Positions 28,710 through 39,037 of a stretch of 64,000 nt of DNA are shown piece by piece. Numbering within the stretch: the stretch's first letter is position 1; each line of letters starts with the position of its first letter. Below the pieces are notes generated by a model. It saw only the letters and a list, made by a program, of their open reading frames with translations. It searched no databases and had not been told where the DNA came from. Origin of the DNA: an uncultured Desulfobacter sp. (lineage in GTDB: Bacteria; Desulfobacterota; Desulfobacteria; Desulfobacterales; Desulfobacteraceae); contig OY762069.1 of assembly GCA_963665095.1 (NCBI GenBank), positions 5,312,001 to 5,376,000 of the forward strand, in the 5' to 3' direction. The position numbers and the translations under genes were made by a program.

Positions 28710-28973
28710 CTACTCTTTTTCAAGCTTTTTTGAATCAACCAGGCGGTTGCATTCATGGCAGACCATCCTGAAATCGCGAACCTTTCCCCTGAACAATTTG
28801 TGCCCGCAAAAAGGGCAGTGATAGTCTTTCAGTTCTGCGTCCGGATGACTGGCTGCGGGTCCCCAATGGCCGGATGGGGGCTGATTTGAATCATCATGTT
28901 CCTTGTTTAAGGCGTCCCGGTCCTGATGATTCGGAAAGAAACCCGGCCGCGGGTAATTGGCATCGTCTGTCAT
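28710..28973 (-). CDS. Small zinc-ribbon protein (Com-like CxxC...CxxC)
   Basis: CPFCGHKLF...VCHECNR; AAGGA RBS before ATG 28973. Confidence 0.6.
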   Translation of the reverse strand: MTDDANYPRPGFFPNHQDRDALNKEHDDSNQPPSGHWGPAASHPDAELKDYHCPFCGHKLFRGKVRDFRMVCHECNRLVDSKKLEKE

Positions 28974-29285
28974 AATCTTCCTTCTCAAATTTAAGTTGAC
29001 ATCCGTATAAGGATGCGGTTTTTTGCTTTATCCTTTATTGCGCCTGAAGGCAAGCATAATTTCTTTGTAAATCAAGATATCCAATACAATGGACAGCCTT
29101 TCTCCCGGTAAAAAAGGTGGGAAAAAATTTCTGGGTGTGTCAATTCCGAACGACTCATGCGTTGGTCTTTTGGCGCATGGCTTCAGGATATTCCATATTT
29201 CCCGATAGGCCGGGCCTGCTGAAAAAGGAAGAATCCTTTTTGATATCAGCCACACAGGTTCATTGTAACAAATAATAAATTAAAA

Positions 29286-29301
29286 TGGCATTCCATTTGC
29301 A
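29286..29301 (+). promoter_or_regulatory. sigma54 promoter of flgF-flgJ
   Basis: TGGCATTCCATTTGCA (GG-N10-GC). Confidence 0.82.
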
Positions 29302-29373
29302 TTAGTCCATTGGCATAAACGTCAATCTGTGCTGGGAAAAGCCAGTGCAGCCTTGGAAAGGAGTTTATGGCCA

Positions 29374-30066
29374 ATGATTCTTGAAATGACGCGGCCAACC
29401 CAGGGCGGGTTAAGGCAGGAGCGGAAACTTGAGGCGGTTTCCAACAACCTGGCCAACTCATCCACTGTTGGGTTTAAGAAGGATATTGTCAGTTTCGACG
29501 AGGCGTTTAAAGCCCGTGTGGACCAGGATTTCTCCCAGGGCGATGTAATCCAGACCGATAATCCGCTGGATGTGGCCTTAGGCCCCCAGGGGCTCTTCAA
29601 GGTGGAGACTCCGGACGGTATCCGGTATACCCGGAACGGTAATTTTTCCTTAAACAGCGAAGGTATCCTGGTGGATAAAAGCGGCAACCCGGTCATGGGA
29701 CAGGGCGGAGCCATATTTCTGAATGTTGTGGATCCGGACACCAGCGTCAATGTAGATGAATCCGGACAGATTTTTGTGAATAACGAAATTCTGGATACCT
29801 TTGATGTGGTCACCTTTGAGGATATGACCAAACTTGATAACATTGGTGACAACCTTTTTGTTTATACCGGAGATAGTGCAGATGAGATCACCCTTGAAAA
29901 TGCCAGAGTCGAGGCGGGTTCCCTGGAACACTCCAATGTCAAGGTGGTGGAAGAAATGGCAAAAATGATTGACTATCAACGAATGTTTGAAATTTATACC
30001 AAGTCTATGAAAACTTTTGATGAGATTGATTCAAAGGCCATTAATGACGTGGGTACCTTTTCATAA
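29374..30066 (+). CDS. flgF: Flagellar basal-body rod protein FlgF
   Basis: SNNLANSSTVGFKKD, TDNPLDVAL, YTRNGNF, LEHSNV; upstream of flgG. Confidence 0.9.
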   Translation: MILEMTRPTQGGLRQERKLEAVSNNLANSSTVGFKKDIVSFDEAFKARVDQDFSQGDVIQTDNPLDVALGPQGLFKVETPDGIRYTRNGNFSLNSEGILVDKSGNPVMGQGGAIFLNVVDPDTSVNVDESGQIFVNNEILDTFDVVTFEDMTKLDNIGDNLFVYTGDSADEITLENARVEAGSLEHSNVKVVEEMAKMIDYQRMFEIYTKSMKTFDEIDSKAINDVGTFS

Positions 30067-30078
30067 AGGAGTGCACAT

Positions 30079-30861
30079 ATGATACGGTCGCTTTGGTCGG
30101 CAGCCACAGGGATGATGGCCCAGGAAACGCAGATAGGAGTTACGGCCAATAACCTTGCCAACTCTTCCACTACCGGGTTTAAAAAATCCAGGGCTGCATT
30201 TGAGGATTTAATGTATATGACCCAGCGGGTGGCCGGCCAGACAACGCCTGGCGGCGGGCAGGTCCCCACCGGGATTCAGGTCGGTATGGGGGTTAATCCG
30301 GCAGGTATTCAGAAAATTTGGACCCAGGGCGACTATGTTCAGACAGACAATCAGCTTGATTTTGCCATCCAGGGGGAAGGCTTTTTCAGAGTGCTGCACG
30401 GGGACCAGGATATGTACACCCGGGCAGGCGACTTTTCCCTGGACAGTGAGGGGTATATTACCAGTCAGGCCGGCGACCGCCTTCAGCCTGAGATTGCCAT
30501 TCCCCTTGAGGCGGTCACCATTACCCTGGACGAAGATGGCACTTTGACCGTGTTTGGAGATGACGAAACCGTTCTGGCAACCGAACAGGTCCTTGTCTCC
30601 ACTTTTATCAATCCGGCCGGGCTCTATGCCGCAGGCGGCAATCTGTTCAGGGAGACCGAAGGTTCCGGTCCCCCCCAGGAAGGCACTCCGGGAGAGGACG
30701 GGGCCGGCACGGTGGTGAATTTCTATATTGAGAATTCCAATGTGGATATCGTAGAGGAGATGGTGAGTCTGATTTCAGGCCAGAGAACCTATGAGGCCAA
30801 TTCAAAGTCCATCACCACCTCCGATGATATGCTGGCCACGGCCGTGCAGTTAAAATCTTAA
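30079..30861 (+). CDS. flgG: Distal rod protein FlgG
   Basis: MIRSLWSAATGM, FEDLMY, PTGIQVGMGV. Confidence 0.96.
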   Translation: MIRSLWSAATGMMAQETQIGVTANNLANSSTTGFKKSRAAFEDLMYMTQRVAGQTTPGGGQVPTGIQVGMGVNPAGIQKIWTQGDYVQTDNQLDFAIQGEGFFRVLHGDQDMYTRAGDFSLDSEGYITSQAGDRLQPEIAIPLEAVTITLDEDGTLTVFGDDETVLATEQVLVSTFINPAGLYAAGGNLFRETEGSGPPQEGTPGEDGAGTVVNFYIENSNVDIVEEMVSLISGQRTYEANSKSITTSDDMLATAVQLKS

Positions 30862-30891
30862 AGAGGGCTCTGAACAGGGTTACTTCAGCTT

Positions 30892-31881
30892 ATGAAGGGA
30901 AATTTTTATCATAAAAGCGGGTTTTTGTTGGCGGCGACGCTTGTGTGCATGCTTTACACCTTTGTTTTACCTGCATGGGCAAAACCGGAAGAGACGATTT
31001 CCATTCACGTGCACGGGACAGCCGAAGTGACCGGACCGGTTATTCTGCTTAAAGATCTTGCCACCATCAATGCGCCTGATTTTTTTCAAGAAGAGCTGGC
31101 ACGTATTGACCTGGGAAAATCGCCCAGGGCCGGCCGGATGAAACAGCTTTCCGCAGAGAGGATTACATCAGCAGTAAACGCCATAGGGCTGGAGGGAAAA
31201 CAGATTTTTGTCCAGGTCCCTAAACAGGTCTTTGTCAAACGCGCAAGCCAGGCCCTTGATCCTGCCCTTGTGGAAAAAGATGTCATCCATTTTTTATCCG
31301 GTTTTTTCCCAAAAGGAGACTTTGAACTGACAGCATTCAGGGTCCGGGGGATTCAAGCCTATCCTCCCGGGGATTTATCTGTGGTGTTTGATAAACGGTA
31401 CACGCCTTCCGGCAACGGACGACTCCTGTTACATGCAGACGTATGGGTAAACGGCACCAGGCTGGACCGGCTCACCATCACAGGCCGCCTGACCTTGTTC
31501 CGGTCTGTGGTGGTTGCATCAAAACGGCTGGAAAGAGGGCAGATCATTACGTCGGCAGATGTGACACTTCAATCCATGGATGTATTTGGACAGAAATCAG
31601 ACCTGCTGTTTTCAGTGGATCAGGTGGACGGCATGGTCATGACCCGCACCGTGGATATCGGGGCGTGTGTGACACGGGATGAATTCCGCCAGGCCCCAAC
31701 CATTGAAAAGGGGGCTGTTGTCAAACTGGTTGCCCGTAAGAACAGGCTCTCCATTGTCACCCTGGGGGTATGTAAAGAAGACGGCTATAAGGGTCAGCCT
31801 GTGGCGGTTGAAAATTTAACCTCGGGAAAAATTGTGCGCGGTCTGGTACAGGAAAACGGCACCGTGGAAGTGGTCTTTTAA
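30892..31881 (+). CDS. flgA: P-ring assembly chaperone FlgA
   Basis: Signal peptide; SAF-like VVVASKRLERGQII; EDGYKGQPVAVENLTSGKIV. Confidence 0.9.
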   Translation: MKGNFYHKSGFLLAATLVCMLYTFVLPAWAKPEETISIHVHGTAEVTGPVILLKDLATINAPDFFQEELARIDLGKSPRAGRMKQLSAERITSAVNAIGLEGKQIFVQVPKQVFVKRASQALDPALVEKDVIHFLSGFFPKGDFELTAFRVRGIQAYPPGDLSVVFDKRYTPSGNGRLLLHADVWVNGTRLDRLTITGRLTLFRSVVVASKRLERGQIITSADVTLQSMDVFGQKSDLLFSVDQVDGMVMTRTVDIGACVTRDEFRQAPTIEKGAVVKLVARKNRLSIVTLGVCKEDGYKGQPVAVENLTSGKIVRGLVQENGTVEVVF

Positions 31882-31895
31882 TGAAGGAGATAATA

Positions 31896-32636
31896 ATGTC
31901 GGCAGTACAAGGAAAAATCCTAAGAACATGCATTTTCTTTATTCTGACCAGCATGGTCATGACTTTTACCGGGTGTTATTTTACGGGAAACAACGCTTCC
32001 GTTGGCGTTATCCCGGACAGGGCTGTGCCGGAAGGCGCCATGACACAGCCGGCAGTAATGCCTGAATACACCGTGGTCCGGCCTTCGGAAGGCTCTTTGT
32101 GGACGGCTCAGAACCGGTTTCTGCTGGATGATACCAAGGCCGCCTATGTCGGAGATACAGTGATTGTTGATATTGTTGAAAATGCGTCATCTGCCATGGA
32201 GGTGAACTCAGACGGGTCCAGGTCCACCAGCATGGAAATAGGGGTTCCCACGCTGAATTTATTGGGAAAACTGACAAATTTTGGTGGGAAGGGTGATGAT
32301 AAGCTGGTGGGTACCAGTTTTGATAATTCCACTGAAGGAAAGGCCACAAGCGACCGGAACGGGCAGGTGACGGCCTCTATTTCAGCCCGGGTCACAGAGG
32401 TGCTGCCCAATGGTAATTTGAGCATTTTCGGGAGGCGGGCTATGAAGGTGGACAATGAGGTGGAGTATATCATGGTGTCCGGGATTGTCCGGCCCGATGA
32501 TATTGATTCTGACAACCGGGTGCAGTCCACCTCCCTTGCCGATGCCCGCATCGAGTATTACGGCAAAGGGGCTCTGGCGGACAAGCAAAAACCTGGCTGG
32601 GGCACACGCATTATAGATAATGTCTGGCCCTGGTGA
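31896..32636 (+). CDS. flgH: L-ring lipoprotein FlgH
   Basis: Lipobox FTGC; GSLW; ARVTEVLPNGNL; GIVRPDDI; ADARIEY. Confidence 0.95.
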   Translation: MSAVQGKILRTCIFFILTSMVMTFTGCYFTGNNASVGVIPDRAVPEGAMTQPAVMPEYTVVRPSEGSLWTAQNRFLLDDTKAAYVGDTVIVDIVENASSAMEVNSDGSRSTSMEIGVPTLNLLGKLTNFGGKGDDKLVGTSFDNSTEGKATSDRNGQVTASISARVTEVLPNGNLSIFGRRAMKVDNEVEYIMVSGIVRPDDIDSDNRVQSTSLADARIEYYGKGALADKQKPGWGTRIIDNVWPW

Positions 32637-32661
32637 TAATGTGAAAAAAGGAGCAGGTGAC

Positions 32662-33687
32662 ATGGACCGGATGGTGAAAAAAACGTGGATCAGTTTTTGG
32701 GTTCTGTTGCTTTTTGGGGGTCTGATTGAACCCGCATCAGCCTCCCGCATCAAGGATATGGCCGCTATCCAGGGAGTTCGTTCCAATCAGCTCACCGGAT
32801 ACGGCCTTGTTGTCGGACTCAACGGCACCGGAGATAAGAACAATATCCTGTTTACCCGCCAGTCCCTGACCAATATGCTTAAAAAGATGAACCTTCATTT
32901 TAACAAGAGCCAGATCAAGGTGAAGAATGTGGCAGCGGTCATGGCCACAGCTGAAATTCCCCCCTTTGCACGGATCGGGGACCGCATTGATATTACGGTT
33001 TCCTCTCTAGGGGATGCCACCAGTCTGAAAGGGGGCACCCTTTTGATTATGCCCCTTAAAGGGGTTGACGGAAATGTCTACGCCATTGCACAGGGGGCAG
33101 TGAGTCTTGCCATTCCGGCCGGCACGGGGGATCGGAACAGCCATCTGCTCGTGGCCCGGATTATTAACGGGGCTAGCGTGGAGCGCGAGATTCCATTTCA
33201 TCTGGAAGGCAAAAAACAACTGACCCTGTCTTTGTTCCGGTCTGATTTCACCACAGCCCGGCGGGTGGCAGACACCATCAATGCGGCTCTAGGGGAGGGC
33301 ATTGCCCAGACCATTGACGCCAGTGCCATCTCTTTGAATGTGCCTGAGTCCATGCAAAAGGAGCATGTGGCGGAGTTCATTGCCGATGTGGAGGGGCTCT
33401 CCGTGGTGCCGGACACCATTGCCAAGGTGGTCATCAACGAAAAGACCGGTACCGTGGTTATTGGCAGTGAGGTAACCATCTCAAGCGTGGCAGTGGCCCA
33501 TGGGGATTTAAATGTGGTGATCCAGGGACAACCGCCCCAATACCTGATGGAGCTGCCCGGAACCTCCACCATTGGGGAGCTGGTCAACGGACTCAACTCC
33601 TTAGGGGTGCGTCCCCGGGACCTGATCAGCATCCTGGAGAGTATCAAGGCAGCAGGGGCGTTGCAGGCAAAACTGGAAATACTATAA
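32662..33687 (+). CDS. flgI: P-ring protein FlgI
   Basis: RIKD...GVRSNQLTGYGLVVGLNGTGD; C-terminal AAGALQAKL. Confidence 0.97.
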   Translation: MDRMVKKTWISFWVLLLFGGLIEPASASRIKDMAAIQGVRSNQLTGYGLVVGLNGTGDKNNILFTRQSLTNMLKKMNLHFNKSQIKVKNVAAVMATAEIPPFARIGDRIDITVSSLGDATSLKGGTLLIMPLKGVDGNVYAIAQGAVSLAIPAGTGDRNSHLLVARIINGASVEREIPFHLEGKKQLTLSLFRSDFTTARRVADTINAALGEGIAQTIDASAISLNVPESMQKEHVAEFIADVEGLSVVPDTIAKVVINEKTGTVVIGSEVTISSVAVAHGDLNVVIQGQPPQYLMELPGTSTIGELVNGLNSLGVRPRDLISILESIKAAGALQAKLEIL

Positions 33688-33734
33688 TTTAATTGGGGTC
33701 AGAGTAAAATTAAATTGCTAATTGGAGAGGATTT

Positions 33735-34046
33735 ATGACAATTCAGATGCCTGCAGCATTGACTCCTTTCACTGAGGTTCAGGATGCCGCTGAAACGGCT
33801 GAGCAGCTTAAACGGGAAAAAGACCTTGAAAAAGCCTGCCAGGGGTTTGAGGCTCTGATGCTCAATACCCTGATGAAAGCCATGCGGGCCACCCTGCCTG
33901 GAGACAGCCTGTTTCCTGAGAGCAATGCCAATGACATTTACCAGTCCCTGCACGATCAGTATTTAACGGACCATCTGACCCAGGAAGGACAACAGGTGAC
34001 CGGGTTTAAAGAATTTTTATACCGGCAGCTCCAGGATTCGGTTTAA
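33735..34046 (+). CDS. flgJ: Single-domain rod-binding FlgJ (no muramidase domain)
   Basis: LEKACQGFEALMLNTLMKAMRAT...IYQSLHDQ; only 103 aa. Confidence 0.88.
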   Translation: MTIQMPAALTPFTEVQDAAETAEQLKREKDLEKACQGFEALMLNTLMKAMRATLPGDSLFPESNANDIYQSLHDQYLTDHLTQEGQQVTGFKEFLYRQLQDSV

Positions 34047-34143
34047 GTCCGGATATCCCTTCGCATAATCTATTTCTACCGGTAGCCCTTTTTCAATATT
34101 CCTCTTTTTTTATCGCCATTTGCCATCCTGCCTTACCTGACCA

Positions 34144-34159
34144 TGGCATAATAGTTGCT
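34144..34159 (+). promoter_or_regulatory. sigma54 promoter of flgN-flgK-flgL-csrA-fliW
   Basis: TGGCATAATAGTTGCT (GG-N10-GC). Confidence 0.85.
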
Positions 34160-34272
34160 CTTTATCTCCTTATAAAACATGAAAAACGGAAAAACTTTCC
34201 GTATTCTAAAGATGAGCGGTGTTTTAATTATTTGATATCATAGATGATATTAATAAGCCAAGGAGGATAAAC

Positions 34273-34776
34273 ATGGAAAAAGTTGCCGACAGGATTCAGC
34301 AGATGCTTCAGGAAAAATTTGCCTGTTACCAGCAGCTTCGCCTGGTGCTGGAAGCTGAAAAAAAGGCAATCGGCGCCATAGACCTTGGCACAATCTGGGA
34401 TACTACCAGATCCAAAAAAGAGCTGGCAGGAAAAATTGAAGAGATACGCAGTCAGCTTCGTTCAACCTGCCAGGACAGTTTTTCAGGGATGAAGATTGGT
34501 TCGGAACCTTTTTCTCTGGCATCACTGGTCAATGAGCTGCCCCTTTCCGGTAAAACCAAAGCAGGTTTGAGAAGAATCAAACGGGCCATTGACGAGGAAA
34601 AGGATCAGGTGGCCCATTTGGCAAAATTTAATCAGATTCAGGTTCGGAAATACCTTTCTGTGGTGGATGATATCATGTCTATGATCGGAAGCAATGCCGG
34701 TCAGTCCAGGTACACAGGAAGAGGCATGGTGACCCAGGAAAGAAAGAATAACTGCCTGTTCAGAGCCGAGGTATAA
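34273..34776 (+). CDS. flgN: Flagellar export chaperone FlgN
   Basis: Helical 167-aa protein directly upstream of flgK, with a C-terminal Y..xG motif (RYTGRG). Confidence 0.78.
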   Translation: MEKVADRIQQMLQEKFACYQQLRLVLEAEKKAIGAIDLGTIWDTTRSKKELAGKIEEIRSQLRSTCQDSFSGMKIGSEPFSLASLVNELPLSGKTKAGLRRIKRAIDEEKDQVAHLAKFNQIQVRKYLSVVDDIMSMIGSNAGQSRYTGRGMVTQERKNNCLFRAEV

Positions 34777-34777
34777 T

Positions 34778-37700
34778 ATGGCCGGCCTGTCATCCACCCT
34801 TAATATTGCCAAAATGGGCCTAAGCGCCCAGCAGTACGGACTCAATGTTACGGGTAACAATATTGCCAATGTAAATAATGAGGATTACAGCCTTCAAAAT
34901 GCCGATCACACCACTACAGGGACCATGTCCTATGGCGGACACCTGCTTGGCACCGGCGTGGATGTGGAGCAGGTGGAGCAGCAGGTGGATCAGCTTCTGG
35001 AAAACCGGCTCACCGGCGAAACCTCAACCCTGGCGGCCCTGGAAGAGGCAGAGTCCTATGTTACTATTCTTGAAGGATATTTTGATGAAAGTTCGGATTC
35101 CAGCCTTACGTCTGTGCTCAGTGAGTTCTGGAATGCCTGGCATGATCTGGCTGACAATCCCATCGGATCTGCGGAACGCGGCCTTGTCTATGAGCAGGCC
35201 CAGCTGCTGGCCGACCGCTTCAATACCATTGCCGAAGATCTTGACAGTCTGACCCAGGATCTGACCAACGAGATCTCTTCCACGGTGGCAGATGTTAACA
35301 CCCTGGCTGAAGAGATTGCCCGGCTCAATTACGAAATAAAGAAGATTGAATCCAGCGGCACCGCCAATGACCTGAGGGACCAGAGAAATGCACTCATTGA
35401 TGAGCTGGCGCAGCTGGTCAATGTGGATATTATCCAGGAGGGTGACGGGGACCTGATTATTAATGTGGCCAACGGAGCCCCTCTGGTCAACGGAATCAAT
35501 GCCTACAGCCTCTCCATGGACCAGGGTCAGGTGATGTGGCAGGGATCATCCGGGTATGAAATGGACATCACTGATGATATCTCCGGAGGCAAACTGTGCG
35601 GCTGGCTGGATATCCGGGATCAAACTATTCCTAAATACAGAGCAGAGATAGATGAGCTGGCATCGGAGATGATATGGGCCATTAATTACCAGCAGTCCCA
35701 GGGTGTGGGGCTGACCTATTACACGGGCACGCTCACCGGGGCCTATTCCGTGGACGACTCGGGATGGCTCTCTTCATACGATTTTGGCAATAAAATTAAT
35801 TACGACGGCGATGTCACCGTGTGGATACAGGACACGTCTGAAGCTGAAACCGCCTTCCGGCAAATTATGGTGGACATGGGCATCTCCTCGGCAGACACCA
35901 CTGACTGGAGGGGCATCGAACCCGGCGGCGACCAGGCGAGCTATGAACTTACTGTGGTGGATGCAGGGGATGTGGGGGATAAAACCGTATCCCAGACCAG
36001 CGGTGACTATCTGGCTCAGATCATCAGCACCACTTCCGGCGGGGCCACTTCTGCCATTGACAATATCCTGGCCGAGCAGACCATTTCCTTTTACAACACC
36101 TCCACGGGGACCCAGACCATTAAAGTGGCTGATTCCAACGGGGATGCCAAGCGGTCGGCCGCTGATATTGCCGAAGCCATGAACGCCATTGACGGGGTGG
36201 AGGCGTATGCATCTGTCAACTCCGTGGAGTTTGATATCTCAGGGATTGCCGGCACTGCAGATGACGGGGATGAGGTGAAGTATTCCCTGTATGTGGACGG
36301 CATTGTGTATGAGCAAAGTTTTATTGTGGATTCAGGCGTTGGTACCCTGGCTGAACAGTTTGAAGACTCCCTGGTGGATGCGGCCCAGGCTCTTAATGAC
36401 CTGAATGAGGACACAGACCTCTATGCCGACGGCCTTGTTATTACAAGCGATAAGGGCGCTACCCTGGGCATCCAGGATTTTGAAGTCCAGGATAACGCCG
36501 GAATTCAGCTGGATACCTTTACCAATTTTAATAACACCGATATCGTCACCTGGACCATTACCACAGACGGAGTGCCCACCACCAATACAGATATCAGTGT
36601 GGATCTGACCAATGTCAATGATGCCACAGACCAGGGCGAAATGGCCTCTGTCTTTTACAGTGCCCTGGCCGGTGCCCTTGATGAAGATACCTTTTCAGTG
36701 ACGCTGGATTCCGATAACAATGCCGTGATTATCCGTACCCTTGACGGATCCAATATCACCCTGCAGGCAGCCGGTAATGACACCGGGGATGATGCCACAG
36801 TGAATCTGACCAACCTTGCAGGCACCGGGGCTGCGTCCGGCAACAGCATCCTTGATTTCAACGCCGGGGCCAGTGATGTGGAAATTTTTGATTCCATCAC
36901 AACATCGGCCGCCACCCTTGGTTTTTCCATTCCGGGGTCCGGGTCCACGGCCATGGCCGGCACCACCTCCGTGATTACGGAAATTTCTTATACCGGGGCC
37001 GGTGCCACCACCGCTGCAGCCATCATGTCCACCATCACTATCCTGACAGATGAGGGCATTACCATTAAATCCAATTCCCGGGATGCCCTGGGGCTTTTCG
37101 GCTCCTCAGGCGTGGCCACCACCGGCAGTTCCATTATGACCCTGGGGGGCGAAGACGGATTTGAGGGCTTTGATGCCGGAGACACCATTACATTTGAGGT
37201 GGACGGCAACCTTGTGGACATCACCGTATCCACAGCTGCCGGAGCCACCACCGATTATGCCCTGGCAGGGTTGCTGATGACGGAGCTGTCCGCGGACCTG
37301 GCAGGCTTGCCCTACACCATTGTGCGGAACGGCAATTCCGTTTCCATTATCAAAGACACGGACGAGGAAGACCCCATTGCCATTACCGGATTTACGGACG
37401 CCACCACTGCCGATGCCATATTGTCTGTTTCTACGGGCACGGGCACCGGTACCGAGGACCCTGATAACGGGCAACTGGAATCCGGCAATGAATACAGAGA
37501 TTTTTCCACCTCATCCCTGTACGATGACGAGGCGGTAATCTACTGGCAGAAACGGGGTATAGACGGGCTTTATACCGGCGAGTCAGGGCTGGTCACCGTC
37601 TCGAATGAGGGCTTGGTGGAAATAGTGGAAAGCGGGGTGACCACACTCTCCTTTGAAATTTCCGGCGGCAGCCTTGTGGCGGGGAATACACTTACCGTCA

Positions 37701-39022
37701 ACACCGATGAAAACGGGGAAGTAGATCCCCTGGATTTCACCATCACCAATACCGCCAACAGCGTGAATGATATCTATACCTTTGAGGTGGTCTCCGGCGG
37801 CACCGTCGGGCATGTGGGAGAAGAGGACCTGGTGATTCAGTGGTCCAATTCTGTTTCTTCGGGCACCTTTGTTATTGAGGGGGATGATCCCCCCAAAACT
37901 CCGGCATCTCCGGTGGAGGTGACCGTGGACGGCATGACCTTAAGTTTTTATGACGGCACCCTGTTTACAGGGGATGTCTTCACCATCACCACGGATGAGA
38001 CCGGCACGCCTCTGTCCACCAATGAAAATGGAAAGTATACCGGTGAAACCATGTCAGACTGGCACTGGACCCTGGATTCCTTTGTGGATCAGTTTAACAG
38101 GGATGCCGGCGGGCTTACTGCCACGGTCAATGGCCAGAATCAGCTGGAGATTTCGGCTTCTGATGATTATCACGTGATTGAGGATATGATCTATTCAGGT
38201 TCAAACGGATTCAGTGCGGATAATGTCTCCATGGAAGTCCTTAATTATGCGGCCCTGGATTTTTCCGCCTATGACTTTACGTTTATCCGCGACGACGACG
38301 GCTCCTGGGGGATTTTGAATGATGCCACCGGCGGAGTAGCCCAGATTATTCCTGAAGGGGGAAACGACAGCGAATTTGAGGTGGACCTGAATGGCGACGG
38401 GATCGGGGATCTGAAGATAGAATTTTCCAAGGATGTTTACGGAGAAGGCTATATTCAGTTTGACCTGGTGGCCAGAGACGCCTCTGATATCGGCTTTGCC
38501 TGTGGAGATGACAGTGCCACTGCATCAGGATTGTTGGCTGCTGCCGGTATCAACACCTTTTACGAAGGGGCGGATGCGTCCGGAATGACGGTCAATACAC
38601 TGATGGCAAACACCAACTATATTGCCGCAGGGGTTATTGACAGCGAAACCGGGGAGATCACAGAAGGGGATAACAGTAACGCCACAGCCTTTGCCGATCT
38701 TCAGTACGAATCTTTGACCATGAAAGAGTGGACCTATGTCAGAGGGTCGGAAGCGATGTCCAGCCTCACCGAGGCAACCCTGGATGAGTATTACCAGACC
38801 ATGATCGCTGCTTTAGGGCTTGAGTCCAGCGCCATTCAGGGCTCCAGAGAGTTTGCCAAGCTTATGGTGGAGCAGCTTACCGAACAGCGAAATGCCGTGT
38901 CTGCGGTATCCCTGGATGAAGAGATGGTGAACCTGATCAAATACCAGCAGGCCTATTCTGCAGCATCAAAGTTGCTGACAACCGCAGATGAGATGCTCGA
39001 TACCCTGCTGTCCATAAGGTAG
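34778..39022 (+). CDS. flgK: Hook-filament junction protein FlgK, giant (1414 aa)
   Basis: LNVTGNNIANVN, NDLRDQRNALIDELA, SAVSLDEEMVNLIKYQQAYSAASK. Confidence 0.95.
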   Translation: MAGLSSTLNIAKMGLSAQQYGLNVTGNNIANVNNEDYSLQNADHTTTGTMSYGGHLLGTGVDVEQVEQQVDQLLENRLTGETSTLAALEEAESYVTILEGYFDESSDSSLTSVLSEFWNAWHDLADNPIGSAERGLVYEQAQLLADRFNTIAEDLDSLTQDLTNEISSTVADVNTLAEEIARLNYEIKKIESSGTANDLRDQRNALIDELAQLVNVDIIQEGDGDLIINVANGAPLVNGINAYSLSMDQGQVMWQGSSGYEMDITDDISGGKLCGWLDIRDQTIPKYRAEIDELASEMIWAINYQQSQGVGLTYYTGTLTGAYSVDDSGWLSSYDFGNKINYDGDVTVWIQDTSEAETAFRQIMVDMGISSADTTDWRGIEPGGDQASYELTVVDAGDVGDKTVSQTSGDYLAQIISTTSGGATSAIDNILAEQTISFYNTSTGTQTIKVADSNGDAKRSAADIAEAMNAIDGVEAYASVNSVEFDISGIAGTADDGDEVKYSLYVDGIVYEQSFIVDSGVGTLAEQFEDSLVDAAQALNDLNEDTDLYADGLVITSDKGATLGIQDFEVQDNAGIQLDTFTNFNNTDIVTWTITTDGVPTTNTDISVDLTNVNDATDQGEMASVFYSALAGALDEDTFSVTLDSDNNAVIIRTLDGSNITLQAAGNDTGDDATVNLTNLAGTGAASGNSILDFNAGASDVEIFDSITTSAATLGFSIPGSGSTAMAGTTSVITEISYTGAGATTAAAIMSTITILTDEGITIKSNSRDALGLFGSSGVATTGSSIMTLGGEDGFEGFDAGDTITFEVDGNLVDITVSTAAGATTDYALAGLLMTELSADLAGLPYTIVRNGNSVSIIKDTDEEDPIAITGFTDATTADAILSVSTGTGTGTEDPDNGQLESGNEYRDFSTSSLYDDEAVIYWQKRGIDGLYTGESGLVTVSNEGLVEIVESGVTTLSFEISGGSLVAGNTLTVNTDENGEVDPLDFTITNTANSVNDIYTFEVVSGGTVGHVGEEDLVIQWSNSVSSGTFVIEGDDPPKTPASPVEVTVDGMTLSFYDGTLFTGDVFTITTDETGTPLSTNENGKYTGETMSDWHWTLDSFVDQFNRDAGGLTATVNGQNQLEISASDDYHVIEDMIYSGSNGFSADNVSMEVLNYAALDFSAYDFTFIRDDDGSWGILNDATGGVAQIIPEGGNDSEFEVDLNGDGIGDLKIEFSKDVYGEGYIQFDLVARDASDIGFACGDDSATASGLLAAAGINTFYEGADASGMTVNTLMANTNYIAAGVIDSETGEITEGDNSNATAFADLQYESLTMKEWTYVRGSEAMSSLTEATLDEYYQTMIAALGLESSAIQGSREFAKLMVEQLTEQRNAVSAVSLDEEMVNLIKYQQAYSAASKLLTTADEMLDTLLSIR

Positions 39023-39037
39023 CCGCAAGGAGGAAAG

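Noticed and set aside
28990..29285. Long intergenic region as a c-di-GMP riboswitch or sRNA
   Set aside because: No GEMM-type consensus or convincing structure found by eye; adequately explained as divergent promoter and enhancer space.
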